Positions 45,387-57,396 of a stretch of DNA of 64,000 nucleotides are shown here, piece by piece (position 1 is the stretch's first letter; every line of letters starts with the position of its first letter). This DNA is from Nostoc sp. ChiSLP01 (lineage in GTDB: Bacteria > Cyanobacteriota > Cyanobacteriia > Cyanobacteriales > Nostocaceae). Position numbers and translations under genes: made by a program. The notes beneath the pieces were generated by a model that did not search any database, had not been told where the DNA came from, and saw nothing but the letters and a program-made list of their open reading frames with translations. Location of the stretch: positions 16,744 through 80,743 of the forward strand of contig JAVRBO020000103.1 in assembly GCA_034531195.2 (NCBI GenBank), given 5' to 3'.

Positions 45387-47315
45387 ATGGTAAAAACACC
45401 TCCATCCCAATTCTCACCAGAACAATACACAGTTGATTCTTCAACGGAAAAAGTAGAAGCTTTAATACAAGCGCCGCCATCAGATACCGAAATCGATTTA
45501 GACTTTCTGTATACTAGGGATATTGAATTTCGTCAGGAGACAATCTACTTTCTTGTGGTCGATCGCTTTTATGATGGCGATCCAGATAATAGCGAAGGTG
45601 CAAACTCAGAACTCTACGATCCTACTAGGCAAGATTGGGGTAAGTACTGGGGTGGCGACTTGCAAGGTGTGATTGACAAATTAGACTATCTCAAAAATAT
45701 GGGAGTTACCGCCCTTTGGTTAACTCCGCTGTTTGAGCAAGTAGAAGAGTTATTTGTCGGTAATGCAGCGCTACACGGCTATTGGACAAAAGACTTTAAG
45801 CGACTTAATCCTCGGTATATTGCTGATGGCGAAAACCCTTCTTTAAACGCTACTCAAGAAGAAAAAAATACGACCTTCGATCGCTTAATTACCGAACTGC
45901 ACAAGCGCAACATGAAGCTGATATTAGATATTGTCTGCAACCATAGCAGTCCTGATACCAGCGGTAGCAAAGGTGAATTATATGATGATGGCGTCAAAAT
46001 TGCTGACTTCAATGATGATGTCAATCATTGGTATCACCACTATGGCGAAGTGCAAGACTGGGAAGACGATTGGCAAGTGCAAAACTGTGAACTATCTGGT
46101 TTAGCAACTTTCAATGAAAACAATTCTGAATATCGTGAGTACATCAAATCAGCAATCAAACAATGGCTAGACCGGGGTGTAGATGCACTGCGGGTGGATA
46201 CCGTCAAGCATATGCCGATTTGGTTTTGGCAAGAATTCACCGGTGACATTACCAATCACAAACCAGATGTGTTTATTTTTGGTGAGTGGATTTATGGTCA
46301 TCCTGGTGACGATCGCTCTGTAGAATTTGCCAATCACTCAGGCATGTCCATGCTAGACTTTGGGCTATGCGTGGCTATTCGGGCAGCACTGGCGCAAGGT
46401 TCCGAAAACGGATTCCATACAATTCAATATATTTTTGACCAAGACCATCGCTACAGTGGGGCTACAGAGTTAGTTACCTTCATCGATAACCACGATATGC
46501 CCCGCTTCCAATCGCTCAACCCCGATCCAGCTATGCTAAGGGTGGCGATCGCTTTGATTATGACATGTCGCGGAATACCGTGTATATATTACGGCACAGA
46601 ACAGTATCTGCACAACGACACTGACGGCGGTAACGATCCGTATAATCGCCCGATGATGGAAAGTTGGGATACAGATACAGAGATATATCGTTACATCAGG
46701 TTATTGTCTGGCTTACGGCGACTCAATCCCGCAGTCTCAATGGGTAGCCATTGGCAAAAATACTTAACAAACGATGTTTATTGTTACGTCCGCCGCTATC
46801 GGGATTCCCTGTGTTTTGTAGCTTTGAACCGGGGAGGAGAAGTTACTCTACCAGTAGTAGAAACAGAATTACCTGATGGCGAACATACTTGTGTCATAAC
46901 TCGCAACAAGTATGAGGTAAAGGATGGTAAAATTCACGACTTAGTAATCGAAGAACGGGGAGTAATTGTTTTCAGCCACGTTGGAGAAAGGATAAAAGGG
47001 CAAACCATAGTCCGCGTACAACTGAATGGCGTACAAACTCAACCTGGCGAAACCATTGTTGTGACTGGAGACTGCCCAGAGTTAGGCAACTGGGATATCA
47101 GCAAAGCTTATCCCTTGGAATACATCAATACTAATACTTGGTTTGCGGAGATTCCTTTTAATGAGAGTGCAGGTAAACTGATTGCTTATAAATATGCCAT
47201 GTGGCGGGAAGGGCGATCGCCCCTGCGGGAAAATCTTGTTAACCGCCGCTGGGTGATTGCCAAAGAAGGCACCGTTAAATGGCGTGATACTTGGGCTACG
47301 GGACGGGAATCGTAG
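45387..47315 (+). CDS. GH13 alpha-amylase-family enzyme with C-terminal CBM20 starch-binding domain
   Basis: GH13 regions I-IV are present: KLILDIVCNHSS, DALRVDTVKHMP, FIFGEWIYG, FIDNHDMPRF. The CBM20 pattern is VRVQLNGVQTQPGETIVVTGDCPELGNWD...AYKYAMWREG. Confidence 0.88.
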   Translation: MVKTPPSQFSPEQYTVDSSTEKVEALIQAPPSDTEIDLDFLYTRDIEFRQETIYFLVVDRFYDGDPDNSEGANSELYDPTRQDWGKYWGGDLQGVIDKLDYLKNMGVTALWLTPLFEQVEELFVGNAALHGYWTKDFKRLNPRYIADGENPSLNATQEEKNTTFDRLITELHKRNMKLILDIVCNHSSPDTSGSKGELYDDGVKIADFNDDVNHWYHHYGEVQDWEDDWQVQNCELSGLATFNENNSEYREYIKSAIKQWLDRGVDALRVDTVKHMPIWFWQEFTGDITNHKPDVFIFGEWIYGHPGDDRSVEFANHSGMSMLDFGLCVAIRAALAQGSENGFHTIQYIFDQDHRYSGATELVTFIDNHDMPRFQSLNPDPAMLRVAIALIMTCRGIPCIYYGTEQYLHNDTDGGNDPYNRPMMESWDTDTEIYRYIRLLSGLRRLNPAVSMGSHWQKYLTNDVYCYVRRYRDSLCFVALNRGGEVTLPVVETELPDGEHTCVITRNKYEVKDGKIHDLVIEERGVIVFSHVGERIKGQTIVRVQLNGVQTQPGETIVVTGDCPELGNWDISKAYPLEYINTNTWFAEIPFNESAGKLIAYKYAMWREGRSPLRENLVNRRWVIAKEGTVKWRDTWATGRES

Positions 47316-47423
47316 AATTGGGGCATGGGGCATTGGTTATTCTCCGTGTCCCCGTGTCTCCCCACCTCCTATTAAGTTGTTAAACTAAAGAACAAACCTT
47401 AAAAGAGTGCAAAGGCAGTCTCT

Positions 47424-48293
47424 ATGACCTCTGCAACCGATCCATCCACCGCCCTGACTCCTTTCCCTGACCATACGCAGCTACCAGAGTCTAATGGCAC
47501 ATTTGTGAAAAATTGGCAAGAACATCCGCAAAGCATCTTACTAACTGACTCGATTACACCTGTTCTCAAACAATTACACCCTGATGGCCAATATTGTATC
47601 GGTCAGGACTTAGGTATTTACTGGCGGTTGACAGAGCCTCTAGAAAAAGGCGCCGAAGCACCAGATTGGTTTTATGTGGCAAATGTACCGCCTTTACTGG
47701 ATGGACTAACGCGCAGGTCTTATGTACTCTGGCGAGAATTTATTGCACCGTTGATTGTGTTGGAATTTGTCTCTGGGAATGGCGATGAAGAACGAGACAA
47801 AACTCCTTTGAAGGGCAAATTTTGGATTTATGAGCAAGTGATTCGTCCTCCTTTCTACGGCATTTATGAGGCGAACAAAGCGAATCTCGAAGTGTATCAT
47901 TTAATTGAAGGCAAGTATCATTTACTACCAAAAAATGAACGAGGACGCTATTATATTCCCTACTTAGAAGTTGAATTAGGTTTATGGCGGGGAGTTTATC
48001 AGAATGTAGAATTACCTTGGCTGCGTTGGTGGGATTTACAAGGTAATTTGTTGCTGACTGGCTCAGAAAGGGGCGAACAGGAAGCCCAAAGAGCCGAACA
48101 GGAAGCCCAAAGAGCCGAACAGGAACGCCAAAGGGCTGAACACGAATCACAAAGAGCCGAACAGGAACGCCAAAGGGCTGAACACGAATCCCAAAGGGCT
48201 GAACAGGAACGCCAAAGGGCTGAACACGAATCCCAAAGAGCCGAACGTCTAGCTGCTCAGTTACGATCGCTTGGTCTAGAACCAGAAATATAA
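47424..48293 (+). CDS. Uma2-family putative endonuclease with C-terminal (QRAEQE/QRAEHE) repeat tail
   Basis: The Uma2 core is present (APDWFYVANV, IVLEFVS, WIYEQVIRPPFYGIY). The tail is EQEAQRAEQEAQRAEQERQRAEHESQRA... followed by LAAQLRSLGLEPEI. Confidence 0.8.
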   Translation: MTSATDPSTALTPFPDHTQLPESNGTFVKNWQEHPQSILLTDSITPVLKQLHPDGQYCIGQDLGIYWRLTEPLEKGAEAPDWFYVANVPPLLDGLTRRSYVLWREFIAPLIVLEFVSGNGDEERDKTPLKGKFWIYEQVIRPPFYGIYEANKANLEVYHLIEGKYHLLPKNERGRYYIPYLEVELGLWRGVYQNVELPWLRWWDLQGNLLLTGSERGEQEAQRAEQEAQRAEQERQRAEHESQRAEQERQRAEHESQRAEQERQRAEHESQRAERLAAQLRSLGLEPEI

Positions 48294-48395
48294 TATTTTG
48301 CTACGAATTATAAATCGAAAATGGCTGGTGTAAAATTATCATCTGTGGCTTAATTTGTTTAGGCACAGATTTTACTGCTACCAGGTGCGATCGCG

Positions 48396-49535
48396 ATGAC
48401 AAATAGACCTCCTTCCGAACCAGAGTCATCTCAAAGAAATGCCCTTGGCTTTGATGAATTTATAGCCATTCTGGTTGCTTTCACTACTATTGGAGCAATT
48501 ATTTTTTGGTCGTTGTCGCGCAGAGATTCTAGTTGGAATTTCAACAGTTTGCTCTCACCTTCCCCCACTCCTTCTAGTCGCGCTTACCCCGATAAAGTAT
48601 TGCCTTCCCCTACTCCTAAAGTAGAACCAAATGCGGCCGACAATTTCAACTCATCTCCACCTGCGGCTGTTGAACCCAAGACACCTTCATTGCCGAATAA
48701 TAGCGCAACTCCTTCCCCTGAAGTGTTACCATCTGCCGAGGTAAGGCCGACTCAATCTCCAAAACCACAAACACCTGTATCCTCTTCATTAGGGTTTGAG
48801 TCATCAATTAAATCGGCAGCATTGCCTTTAGTAACTCCAGCAAAACCAAAATCAATTATTCCGCCGCCAATTGCATTTAATGATGTGCCTAATAACTTCT
48901 GGGGTCGGCGTTTTATAGATGTTCTTTCTTCTCGTGGTATTCTTAAAGGATTTCCTGATTATTCTTTTAGACCAAATCAGCCTGTAAACCGTGCTGAATT
49001 TGCTGCCATATTAGAAAAAGCTTTTGACCAAGAATTGTCAAAGAATGCGATCGCATTTCAAGATGTACCGACAACATTCTGGGCAAATCCAGCAATTAAC
49101 CAAGCCATCAGTAGCGGATTTCTCAAAGGCTACCCGAAAAAAACCTTCAAGCCACAAGAAAATATATCAAGAGTACAGGTTTTAGTTGCCCTTGCTAGTG
49201 GGTTGAATTTAAGAACACCTACTTCGCCGAATCAGATTTTAAGTATTTATAAAGATGCTAAAGATATTCCACCATATGCTAGGAGTAAAATAGCTGCTGC
49301 TACAGCTAATGGACTTGTGGTTAACTATCCAAACCCTGAAGTCCTTGCTCCTAATAAAGTAGCGACTCGTGGTGAAGTGGCGGCGATGATTCATCAAGCT
49401 TTAGTCAAACAAGGCAAATTGAAGGGAATTTCATCTGAAAATATAGTGCGCTCTCCAAATATATCTCCACAACCATCACGCACTCCAAAACAGAACCCAA
49501 AAGCTAACTTATCAGCAGGCGGCTCATCTCAATAA
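48396..49535 (+). CDS. S-layer homology (SLH) domain protein
   Basis: It has an N-terminal TM/anchor and a Pro/Ser-rich linker. Three SLH repeats follow (FNDVPNNFWGRRFIDVLSSRGILKGFPDYSFRP, FQDVPTTFWANPAINQAISSGFLKGYP, YKDAKDIPPYARSKIAAATANGLV). Confidence 0.85.
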   Translation: MTNRPPSEPESSQRNALGFDEFIAILVAFTTIGAIIFWSLSRRDSSWNFNSLLSPSPTPSSRAYPDKVLPSPTPKVEPNAADNFNSSPPAAVEPKTPSLPNNSATPSPEVLPSAEVRPTQSPKPQTPVSSSLGFESSIKSAALPLVTPAKPKSIIPPPIAFNDVPNNFWGRRFIDVLSSRGILKGFPDYSFRPNQPVNRAEFAAILEKAFDQELSKNAIAFQDVPTTFWANPAINQAISSGFLKGYPKKTFKPQENISRVQVLVALASGLNLRTPTSPNQILSIYKDAKDIPPYARSKIAAATANGLVVNYPNPEVLAPNKVATRGEVAAMIHQALVKQGKLKGISSENIVRSPNISPQPSRTPKQNPKANLSAGGSSQ

Positions 49536-49964
49536 ACAAAAGTCAGAATTAAGAATTTTGACAAAATTCGCTCCTCCGTTTTTGAGAAATCAAAAAGCTC
49601 AGCTTTACTTATACCAATTCCAACAATCTTTGCAACACATCAACAGATGATAAAACTTAGCCACAAAGCGAAAAGTTAAGCCAGTGCTACGAGAGCGCCT
49701 TGCGTCAGAGCGGCGGCTTTTGCCTTCGCCCTTGGCGTTGCCGCAGGCATCTGTTAGCGCAGCGTTAGCGACGCAGGAGCGTCACTTTTCAAGATAAAGA
49801 CTTTTCGCCCAGTCCCCAGTCCCTTGCTATAGATAAAAACTTCTCCTATGAAAGACGCTACGCCTAGCAAAATCGCGATGGGTGGGTAAAGACTCACAAT
49901 CAAGCCTGATTTTGAATTAGAGCATTTGCGTAGCGTCTTTGCAGGAGAAGCAATAGTTCAGATA

Positions 49965-50402
49965 TTAAGCTTCTGGAACTTGTTTACCAACAACTTGTGA
50001 TTTAAGAGTAGTGATTTCAGTAGTTAACTCTTTTCTGGTTGAGGCTTTGAGTAAATAGCGGTAAACAAACCAAACAGAGTAACCAATACCAATCAACTCA
50101 AAAGTAGGAGCAACCAAGGGAATATCATTTAGAGCATCTAATACTGCCAAGAGTACTTTAACTCCAACAATTGCTCCCACAATTAGACCAATGCTAACCA
50201 GGGGCTGCTTATATTGGTTAAAGAAGTTTCCTACGTATTCAGGTAATGATGCTAAAAAGCTAGAAATTTGCTCCCCATATTTTAACCATTCGTCTTGGGG
50301 TTGCGCGGGAGGCTGGAGTTTGGTGATGGTTCCCGTTTGGCTGTTAATTTCTGGCACTGTAGCCTCTTTGGATGTGGTTTCCGTAAATTCTTGTTCTGGC
50401 AT
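49965..50402 (-). CDS. CAAD-domain / CURT1-like thylakoid membrane protein
   Basis: I take the start at MPEQEF (50402). The C-terminal pattern YKQPLVSIGLIVGAIVGVKVLLAVLDALNDIPLVAPTFELIGIGYSVWFVYRYLL is typical of CAAD/CurT two-helix domains. Confidence 0.75.
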   Translation of the reverse strand: MPEQEFTETTSKEATVPEINSQTGTITKLQPPAQPQDEWLKYGEQISSFLASLPEYVGNFFNQYKQPLVSIGLIVGAIVGVKVLLAVLDALNDIPLVAPTFELIGIGYSVWFVYRYLLKASTRKELTTEITTLKSQVVGKQVPEA

Positions 50403-50955
50403 TTTTACTCCCAATAAATTTGACTGTTGAGTTTTTCTAATTTGGATAATTACAACCAAAAGCCTGTTGATTAGGTAATGTACGAGTCCACCACTACAAT
50501 TAGGTCAATGGCAGAAAACGGTTTTAGTATCCTATAACCATAATTGCCCGTAACATCTACTGCATCAACTACAAGGTAGAAAGTCAGTAGGAGCATATAA
50601 CTCACAAGGCAGCATAATGTATTATAATCAGCCTCCTGAGTTGTATTTTTTGTCATCAACTGAAATCCTCAGGTTGTAGATTATCTGATTTCGTGTCATT
50701 TGCCCATAATCGTACTAAATCTAGGTACAAATCATGCAAAAATTAATCCACCTCTCATTTATATAAGCTTAAAAGCCGATTTTATCCGATATTAAAGCTA
50801 TCTTAAGGCGGGGTGGCTAATAAACGCGTTGGTATTGATATTAATACGTAATCTCAGTTTTTCTGTGTTCGCATATACTAGACTTTCAAACGATTTTATG
50901 ATAAAGGAATTGAGTATTAGATACTGGCTATTGGGTACTGGGAAATCTTCCTCAT

Positions 50956-50973
50956 CCCCAGTCCCCAGTCCCC
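50956..50973. repeat. STRR1-type heptamer run (CCCCAGT)
   Basis: The sequence is CCCCAGTCCCCAGTCCCC. Similar short runs lie at 49808-49823 and, inverted, at 21859-21885. Confidence 0.85.
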
Positions 50974-51119
50974 GGCATAAGCTTATCCTAATTAATTGGT
51001 AACTAATGATTTGCTCTTGCTATAAAAGAGGATAATCTAGATGTTAACCACCAGTTGAAGTGTTTGCACAAGCTAGACTGATTTGGTGATGTTTGCGGGA
51101 AGGCAAGGAGGTTTGAGAA

Positions 51120-52844
51120 ATGCCGACTCAAAAGCCAACCCCTATTGACAGCAGTTCAGAAAACAAAAAAGTGTCAGCGTCAGAGCCATCAACAGACGAA
51201 CTCCCGACTATAGAATTTCCCTCGCGAGGGAAACTCAAAGCCAGTTCTTGGCGCATCCATCAAAAAATTGGCTATGGCTACTTTGTAGCTATTGGAATTG
51301 GCTTTTTTGGTTCGCTGACTGGATTGGTAATTGCCAACTATTACCGCGGAAGGGAAGTCAGGCAATTCAATCAAGCCTACGAACAAGGACAACTACTGAG
51401 TAATTATAAGGATGCAGTAGTAGGGGCACAATTGCATAGTTCCAACTTAGTTGCCGTGTTGGAAGATTCAGAAAGGTTACGAAGCAAAAAAGCTGATTTT
51501 CTCAAAAGTTTTGAAAAAGCTAAGCAACTAGAGTCAGAAATTAACGGATTTATCGACAGTAAACCTAAGAGACTAGCCGCAACAAGTTCTACTTTACAGA
51601 CTTTATTGCAGGATTATAAAACTAATTTAAAAGCTTATGTTGACCAAATAGAAGCGGTTTTAAACAAAATTGACTCCCAGCCAGTACGGCAAGAGCAAAT
51701 TTCCTTGGCGCGATCGCAGTTATTAGAAATTATACGTAGCGATACAGCCCTGCGGCTAGATCAGCTGTCGCAAAATTTGACTAATATCCTGCAAACTGCG
51801 GAAGATCAGGAGCAAGAAAAGCAAAGATCCGTTGAGGAAGCAAAAGTAGTTGAGCGATTCATTGTAATTGCGAGTATGCTGGTTTCCGTGGCGATCGCAG
51901 CTATTGTAGCTTGGCGGACTAGTCGAGCGATCGCTGAGCCAGTGATCCTTGTCACCCAAGTAGCTGAACAAGTGGCGAGGAAATCTAATTTTGATTTGCG
52001 AGCTCCCATCACCACTGAAGATGAAATTGGCCTGCTCGCCAAATCTCTAAATCGTTTGATTGAGGCAGTTTCTGAGCGAACTAGAGAATTACAACAAGCC
52101 AAAGAATTAGCTGAAGCTGCTAGCAAGGCAAAAAGCATATTTCTCGCAAATGTCAGCCACGAGTTACGCACACCCTTAAATGCTGTGATTGGCTTGAGCC
52201 AACTTCTAGAAGACGACGCTACCGATCTTGGTTTATCGCCAGACTTTATCACAGACTTAGAAACAATTAACACTGCTGGTAGGCACTTATTAGAACTGAT
52301 TAACGACATTCTCGACTTGTCAAAAATTGAAGCGGGGAAAATGACTCTCTATCCAGAGACATTCGAGATTGCAACGCTGATTCATAACGTCGTCCTTACA
52401 GTCAAACCAACTATCGAAAAAAATGCCAATGTCTTAGAAGTGAATTTTGATGAACAACTTGGCACGATGTACGCCGATCAAACTCGGATGCGACAAGTGT
52501 TATTAAATTTACTTAGTAATGCAGGTAAATTCACGACAAACGGCAAGGTAACTCTGACAGTTAAAAGAGAAAAGGACGATTTTAGACTAGAAGCTCCTTT
52601 AGGGAGCATTACTTTTACTGTCACTGACACAGGCATAGGTATGTCTTACCGTCAACAGCAGCAGTTATTTCAACCTTTTACACAAGGGGATACATCAACT
52701 ACCAAAAGATACGGCGGTACAGGACTGGGTTTGGCAATTAGCCGTCACTTTTGCCAGATGATGGGTGGCGAAATTATTGTCCACAGTCAGCCGGGAGTTG
52801 GTTCTACTTTTACTATTCGTCTGCCAATGACTGTGCAGGAATAA
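51120..52844 (+). CDS. membrane-bound sensor histidine kinase (HAMP-HisKA-HATPase_c)
   Basis: Two TM segments flank a roughly 190-aa extracytoplasmic helical region. It has a HAMP domain, the H-box [11 protein letters not shown], the N-box [12 protein letters not shown], and DTGIGM and [11 protein letters not shown]. No response-regulator gene is adjacent. Confidence 0.9.
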   Translation: MPTQKPTPIDSSSENKKVSASEPSTDELPTIEFPSRGKLKASSWRIHQKIGYGYFVAIGIGFFGSLTGLVIANYYRGREVRQFNQAYEQGQLLSNYKDAVVGAQLHSSNLVAVLEDSERLRSKKADFLKSFEKAKQLESEINGFIDSKPKRLAATSSTLQTLLQDYKTNLKAYVDQIEAVLNKIDSQPVRQEQISLARSQLLEIIRSDTALRLDQLSQNLTNILQTAEDQEQEKQRSVEEAKVVERFIVIASMLVSVAIAAIVAWRTSRAIAEPVILVTQVAEQVARKSNFDLRAPITTEDEIGLLAKSLNRLIEAVSERTRELQQAKELAEAASKAKSIFLANVSHELRTPLNAVIGLSQLLEDDATDLGLSPDFITDLETINTAGRHLLELINDILDLSKIEAGKMTLYPETFEIATLIHNVVLTVKPTIEKNANVLEVNFDEQLGTMYADQTRMRQVLLNLLSNAGKFTTNGKVTLTVKREKDDFRLEAPLGSITFTVTDTGIGMSYRQQQQLFQPFTQGDTSTTKRYGGTGLGLAISRHFCQMMGGEIIVHSQPGVGSTFTIRLPMTVQE

Positions 52845-53085
52845 CAATTCAAAATTCACGCATTAAAGACAGTTTCAAGTGGGGAGTTAAACCCCATCTG
52901 AAACTGATGCTACGTGTAATGGTTGGGGTTTTAAACGCTTGATTTTACGAAACCTTTCCCCCTTTCCCCTTCCCTTTTTCCCGACTTCTGCAAGAAGTCT
53001 AATGATTAGCTGCAAACAAGTAAGGATAAAAAAAGTGGTTCTGCAATCAACAGAACCACTAAAGCTTTTGCAAAACTGTGATGAC

Positions 53086-54162
53086 TTAACGAGCTACGCC
53101 TTGAGCAGAAGCAGCATCAATGGGTTTCATCAAATACAGCCGTAACAACTGCCAGCCAGTGGAGACGAGAATTGGCAGTTTTTGGAAGAATTGCAGGAAT
53201 TTGGGAGTATTGGAGTTAGCGATCGCACTCAGCTTATCGTTATTTTCTATACAAACATCCAACCGTTGATAAAACTCTGGATTGTCAACGTCCAGCATCA
53301 GCGGGAAGACTCTACCTGCGGTCTCATTGGTCTTCTTAATTACATGAATGTCGTATTCTCGCGCATCCAGTCCAAGGGTGGCATAAAAGTCTTTGCGTTG
53401 GATGTCATTGAGATACATTGTTGCAAACACTGACAACAAGAAGAACCGACTCCAGAGCCGTGCCTTCCAATCATTGAGCATTTGCGGTTGGGATTTCATT
53501 ATGGCATCAAAGAAATCACCGTGACGGTTTTCATCTTGACACCAGTTTTCAAAGAACCGGAAAATCGGATAAATCCGGTCTTCGGGATGTGTTTCTAAAT
53601 GACGATAAATGGTGATATAGCGCCAATAACCAATCTTTTCAGAAAGATAAGTAGCGTAGAAGATAAATTTTGGCTTAAAGAAGGTATAATTGCGGCTCTT
53701 AGTCAAAAACCCTAAATCTAGGGACAGATTAAAGTCCGACATGGCTTTATTCAAAAAGCCAGCGTGACGTGCTTCATCCCGTGACATCAGGTTAAAGCAC
53801 TCTGCCAAGACGGGGCTTTTGTCTTTCAAGCGACGGCCGAGTTCTTTATACAGCAAAAATCCAGAAAACTCTGCTGTACAGGAACGTTCTAGAAATTCAA
53901 CAAACAACCGACGAGTGTCTCCATCAATATGATCCCAGGATTGTTCAAACTCGGCATCCCGAACAAAGTGATGGCGGTTGTAGTCAGCGCGAAATTCTTC
54001 GAGAATGGCTCTTAATTCGTCTTCGTTGACGGAAATATCCATCCGCGCCATTTCATCAAAATCGGTAGTATAAAACCGAGGTGTTAACAGGGTTTCTTTC
54101 GCGGGAACTTTAATTCCTGGCCGTATTTCTTCAAAGCCTGGTTTTTTGAGGGAATCTACCAT
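53086..54162 (-). CDS. acsF: Mg-protoporphyrin IX monomethyl ester oxidative cyclase
   Basis: I take the start at [16 protein letters not shown] (54162). It reads [13 protein letters not shown] and has the diiron motifs [19 protein letters not shown] and [16 protein letters not shown]. Confidence 0.92.
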   Translation of the reverse strand: MVDSLKKPGFEEIRPGIKVPAKETLLTPRFYTTDFDEMARMDISVNEDELRAILEEFRADYNRHHFVRDAEFEQSWDHIDGDTRRLFVEFLERSCTAEFSGFLLYKELGRRLKDKSPVLAECFNLMSRDEARHAGFLNKAMSDFNLSLDLGFLTKSRNYTFFKPKFIFYATYLSEKIGYWRYITIYRHLETHPEDRIYPIFRFFENWCQDENRHGDFFDAIMKSQPQMLNDWKARLWSRFFLLSVFATMYLNDIQRKDFYATLGLDAREYDIHVIKKTNETAGRVFPLMLDVDNPEFYQRLDVCIENNDKLSAIANSNTPKFLQFFQKLPILVSTGWQLLRLYLMKPIDAASAQGVAR

Positions 54163-54911
54163 GTCTTGATTGCAATGAGTGTCTTTATTATCTTGAGTAC
54201 ACCACCAAAGGCAAAGATAATGCTCTGGCAACGCTCAACAGCCGACAAATAATTCATTTGTATAAAGTTCAGTCTACCAAGGCGCGGGCGACAAACAAGT
54301 AAGCAAAACATTAAGAGTTGCAACAACAATTCAACTTTTGCGGAATCGACAATGGGTGATTGGTAGTCAAATTAACATCGGCAACCTGAGATATTCCACC
54401 TAGTCTCCGGATTAGAAATTGCCGTTCATGCCGCACACAAACTCTTTTTGGCTCTGCAAAGTCAAGCAATTTAAAACCTATGGAGGTGGATTTTCTACGT
54501 ATAGTCCAGCTAGTGCTTTGGCGTTCAGTTCCTCGACTGCAAACAAGTGACGCGATGGGAGTTGGTTGGTGCGATTGCAGTCATTTTCTGTCGTTCTGAC
54601 TACAATAAATAAAGCAGCCTTATCAATAAGTTGCTCATCTTGAAATTAATAATCCATGACTGGCACGATTAGTAAATACTTCTAATGACTTTACTCCGTA
54701 GCTCGCACCATTATTAATAATTGTAGACAAGGCACTTTTTATAACATAAGAATCAGGGTTTTAGCGGGTACTCACCAGTGCCAAACTAGAAAAATTCTCA
54801 TCAAATAATCGGTGCGAGATATTAACTGAGCTATCCATACTGTTCTGCAATAAAACAGTATGAGACACCCATTTTAGACAACAAGAGCAAATCCAAAGGG
54901 TTAACAACAAG

Positions 54912-55409
54912 ATGAATCCTGAAAATAATCAGCATAAAGACCGACTTCTTGTTTCTTACATCTTGTGTGGAGTCGGATTTTTTGGCTTAGGGGGACTACA
55001 CCGCTTATACAATGGCAAGATCGGGACGGGATTGTTATGGCTGTGTACTTTTGGTTTATTTTATATTGGGCAGGCTGTGGATTTGCTTCTCGTCCCCAGT
55101 ATGGTTGACGAATACGAGACCAACCTAAGACTAAAAGCAGGTGTATCCCCATTTGGTGTACCTTTAAATCAGCCTACAGCGATCGCCACTCAAGTTCACC
55201 CCCCAACTGGCAATCAACTGATGATTAAACTGATTGAAGTGGCGGAAAGCAGGGGTGGTAGTCTCACCGTCACTCAAGGGGTAAAAGGCACGGGAGCTAG
55301 CTTCGCTGAAGTAGAAAAAGTTCTCAAAGAAATGTATAAATCAGGTTATGTAAAAATTGATAACGACCCCATTACTGGAGCCGTTACCTATCATTTCCAC
55401 GAACTTTAA
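54912..55409 (+). CDS. TM2 domain-containing protein
   Basis: The TM2 pattern is present (YILCGVGFFGLGGLHRLYNGKIGTGLLWLCTFGLFYIGQAVDLLLVPSMV). A soluble C-terminal winged-helix-like part follows. Confidence 0.75.
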   Translation: MNPENNQHKDRLLVSYILCGVGFFGLGGLHRLYNGKIGTGLLWLCTFGLFYIGQAVDLLLVPSMVDEYETNLRLKAGVSPFGVPLNQPTAIATQVHPPTGNQLMIKLIEVAESRGGSLTVTQGVKGTGASFAEVEKVLKEMYKSGYVKIDNDPITGAVTYHFHEL

Positions 55410-55475
55410 TTGTTCTTTGTCATTAGTCATTTGTCCTTCGTTATTCCCTAATGACCAATGACCAATGACCAATGA

Positions 55476-56126
55476 CTAATTCCTACCTAGCCACTTTTGA
55501 CCATCTAAACGCTGCACTAGACCATATACCAATAGGTCTAGTGTAGTTTTGCGCTCATCAATTAAGAATGATTCAAGAGTACTGGGTTTTTTGCCTTCAT
55601 TACAAGAAAAACCCTTTTTCCCTTGAATATCTTCTTCAGGAAAATACAAATTAAAATTATACAGACCGTTTTGCAAACTGCCGATAATTTGCCAAGATTC
55701 TTCAGCCGATTCAAAGCCCTTGATTGGAACTTTTTGTTTAGCAAAAGTCACTTTGAAATCTTGTACACCTTGCTGAGCGATCGCTTTTTGTAAAGCTGGC
55801 AAGTAGTCTTGCTCAATGAACTCTACAAATGGTTTATCTTCAACAGATGGGGCTTTTTCCTTCTTAGCGGCTTTAGCTGCGGCTGGTTTTTCTTCTCCTG
55901 CGGCGGCGGGTTTTTCTCGCTTGGGTGATGCCGCAGCGGGTTTAGCAGCATTGGGGTTATCTTCGGGGTTTGCGGCTTTAGGATCTGGCGCGTTGGCAGT
56001 AGGGATGTCTGTCGCTTCGGGTGAATCTGTACTAGGAGCATTTTCTTCGGCGACACTGGGAGCCTGCTTGTCAACAGTGCTGGGAGCTACCTCTCCCGCT
56101 TCATTGTGATTCGGTTCTTCTGCCAT
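55476..56126 (-). CDS. conserved cyanobacterial hypothetical protein (DUF2996-like) with Ala/Pro/Glu-rich N-terminus
   Basis: The C-terminal pattern is FVEFIEQDYLPALQKAIAQQGVQDFKV.F....W.IIG....G.Y.FNLYFPEEDIQGKKGF. The family name is from memory. Confidence 0.5.
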   Translation of the reverse strand: MAEEPNHNEAGEVAPSTVDKQAPSVAEENAPSTDSPEATDIPTANAPDPKAANPEDNPNAAKPAAASPKREKPAAAGEEKPAAAKAAKKEKAPSVEDKPFVEFIEQDYLPALQKAIAQQGVQDFKVTFAKQKVPIKGFESAEESWQIIGSLQNGLYNFNLYFPEEDIQGKKGFSCNEGKKPSTLESFLIDERKTTLDLLVYGLVQRLDGQKWLGRN

Positions 56127-56334
56127 TACTCAGGTCAATCCTTTAATCTTGCTTGATTGAGCGATCGCTCACCTTGAGATATCGGGTATTTTCATTTTGA
56201 CATACTAGTGCAACTGTGAAGAATGGGGAGATGGAGAGGTGTGGCAGAGGAAGCACGGGAAAAGGTTAAAGGTTAAAGGGAAAAGGGATAAATTTAATCT
56301 TTCCCATTTTCCCCTTACCCCTTTCCCCATACCC

Positions 56335-57396
56335 TTAAATCCCTTTAAACCCCATATTAGTTTCTACCTGTTGTTGTGTTTGCATAGAATTGACTTTGGC
56401 AGAGGCAATTCTGCTATGAGTCTTACGCCTAATGCCAAGGTGGCTCAGGGATATGCCTAATAAAATCAAGCTACCGCCAATATATTGAGCTAAGGTAGGT
56501 ACTTCACCTAAAATTAGATACGCTGCTAGAATGCCTGCAATTGGGCTAAATGAGCCAATTAAGGAAGCCATAGATACAGTGGAAGTTTTTAGGCCTTTAA
56601 TCCAGAATGACTGACCCATTACTACAATCAATCCACCATATAGAAACATCCACTGCCAAAGAAATGGCGAGAGTACATCAGCAAAATGATCCCTGCTATA
56701 AAGTATTAAAGCAAGAAAGAAAAAGATTACAGTTCCTAGTGCAGTGCGAAAGATACTATAGATTCCCAAAGGAACCTGCGAAAGGTATTTCTTGCCAATA
56801 ATTGTAGAAGCGGATATAGCTACAGATCCTGCTACTGCCAAAAGTTCTCCTATGCCTAAACTCAAACCTCCCATATTCATCATCGCTTCTTGTGGGGGTT
56901 GGAGAATAATAGTTAGGATAACGCCAACAAAGGCTGCGATCGCTCCTGCAATTTCCCAAAGATGTACTCGTTCGCTCAATAACCAAATCGATAAAACCAG
57001 AGTCAACGGTGGTTCCAAGCGTCCAACTAAGATAATATTGTTCACACCCGTCAGTGCTAGTGCTTGAAAAATTAAGCCAGGGGCAAGCGCTCCTGATAAG
57101 ATAGCTACTGCTGTTAGACTGACCCAATCCTTCTTAGAAAGCTGCTTCAAAGTCGTTTTGTTCCACTGTCGCCCATAAATTACAATTAGAAGTATCAAGG
57201 CACACAAATTGCCTACGAACAAAACATTACACAAAGAAATCGGATTGCGACCCCCCATAAAATGTTGGGCACCAATTTCTGTAAGCTTGCGGGTGACTGC
57301 GCTAGATGCTCCAAAAATTAGCATTGCTAGCCAGAGATATGTTTGTCCGGAAATTGTTTTAGGGATGAGGCGAGGTGGTCTTTTGGGTCTAGTCAC
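56335..57396 (-). CDS. DMT-superfamily (EamA-like) transporter
   Basis: The 353-aa ORF has about 10 TM helices in two EamA-like halves. Confidence 0.75.
   Translation of the reverse strand: MTRPKRPPRLIPKTISGQTYLWLAMLIFGASSAVTRKLTEIGAQHFMGGRNPISLCNVLFVGNLCALILLIVIYGRQWNKTTLKQLSKKDWVSLTAVAILSGALAPGLIFQALALTGVNNIILVGRLEPPLTLVLSIWLLSERVHLWEIAGAIAAFVGVILTIILQPPQEAMMNMGGLSLGIGELLAVAGSVAISASTIIGKKYLSQVPLGIYSIFRTALGTVIFFFLALILYSRDHFADVLSPFLWQWMFLYGGLIVVMGQSFWIKGLKTSTVSMASLIGSFSPIAGILAAYLILGEVPTLAQYIGGSLILLGISLSHLGIRRKTHSRIASAKVNSMQTQQQVETNMGFKGI

Noticed and set aside
54232-54911. The 680-bp acsF / TM2-gene spacer holds a 39-aa ORF (54481-54600) and a hairpin CATACTGTT..AACAGTATG at 54835-54863.
   Set aside because: An sRNA or regulatory site is plausible. 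I could not identify any known motif (for example an NtcA GTA-N8-TAC site) or a conserved structure from sequence alone.
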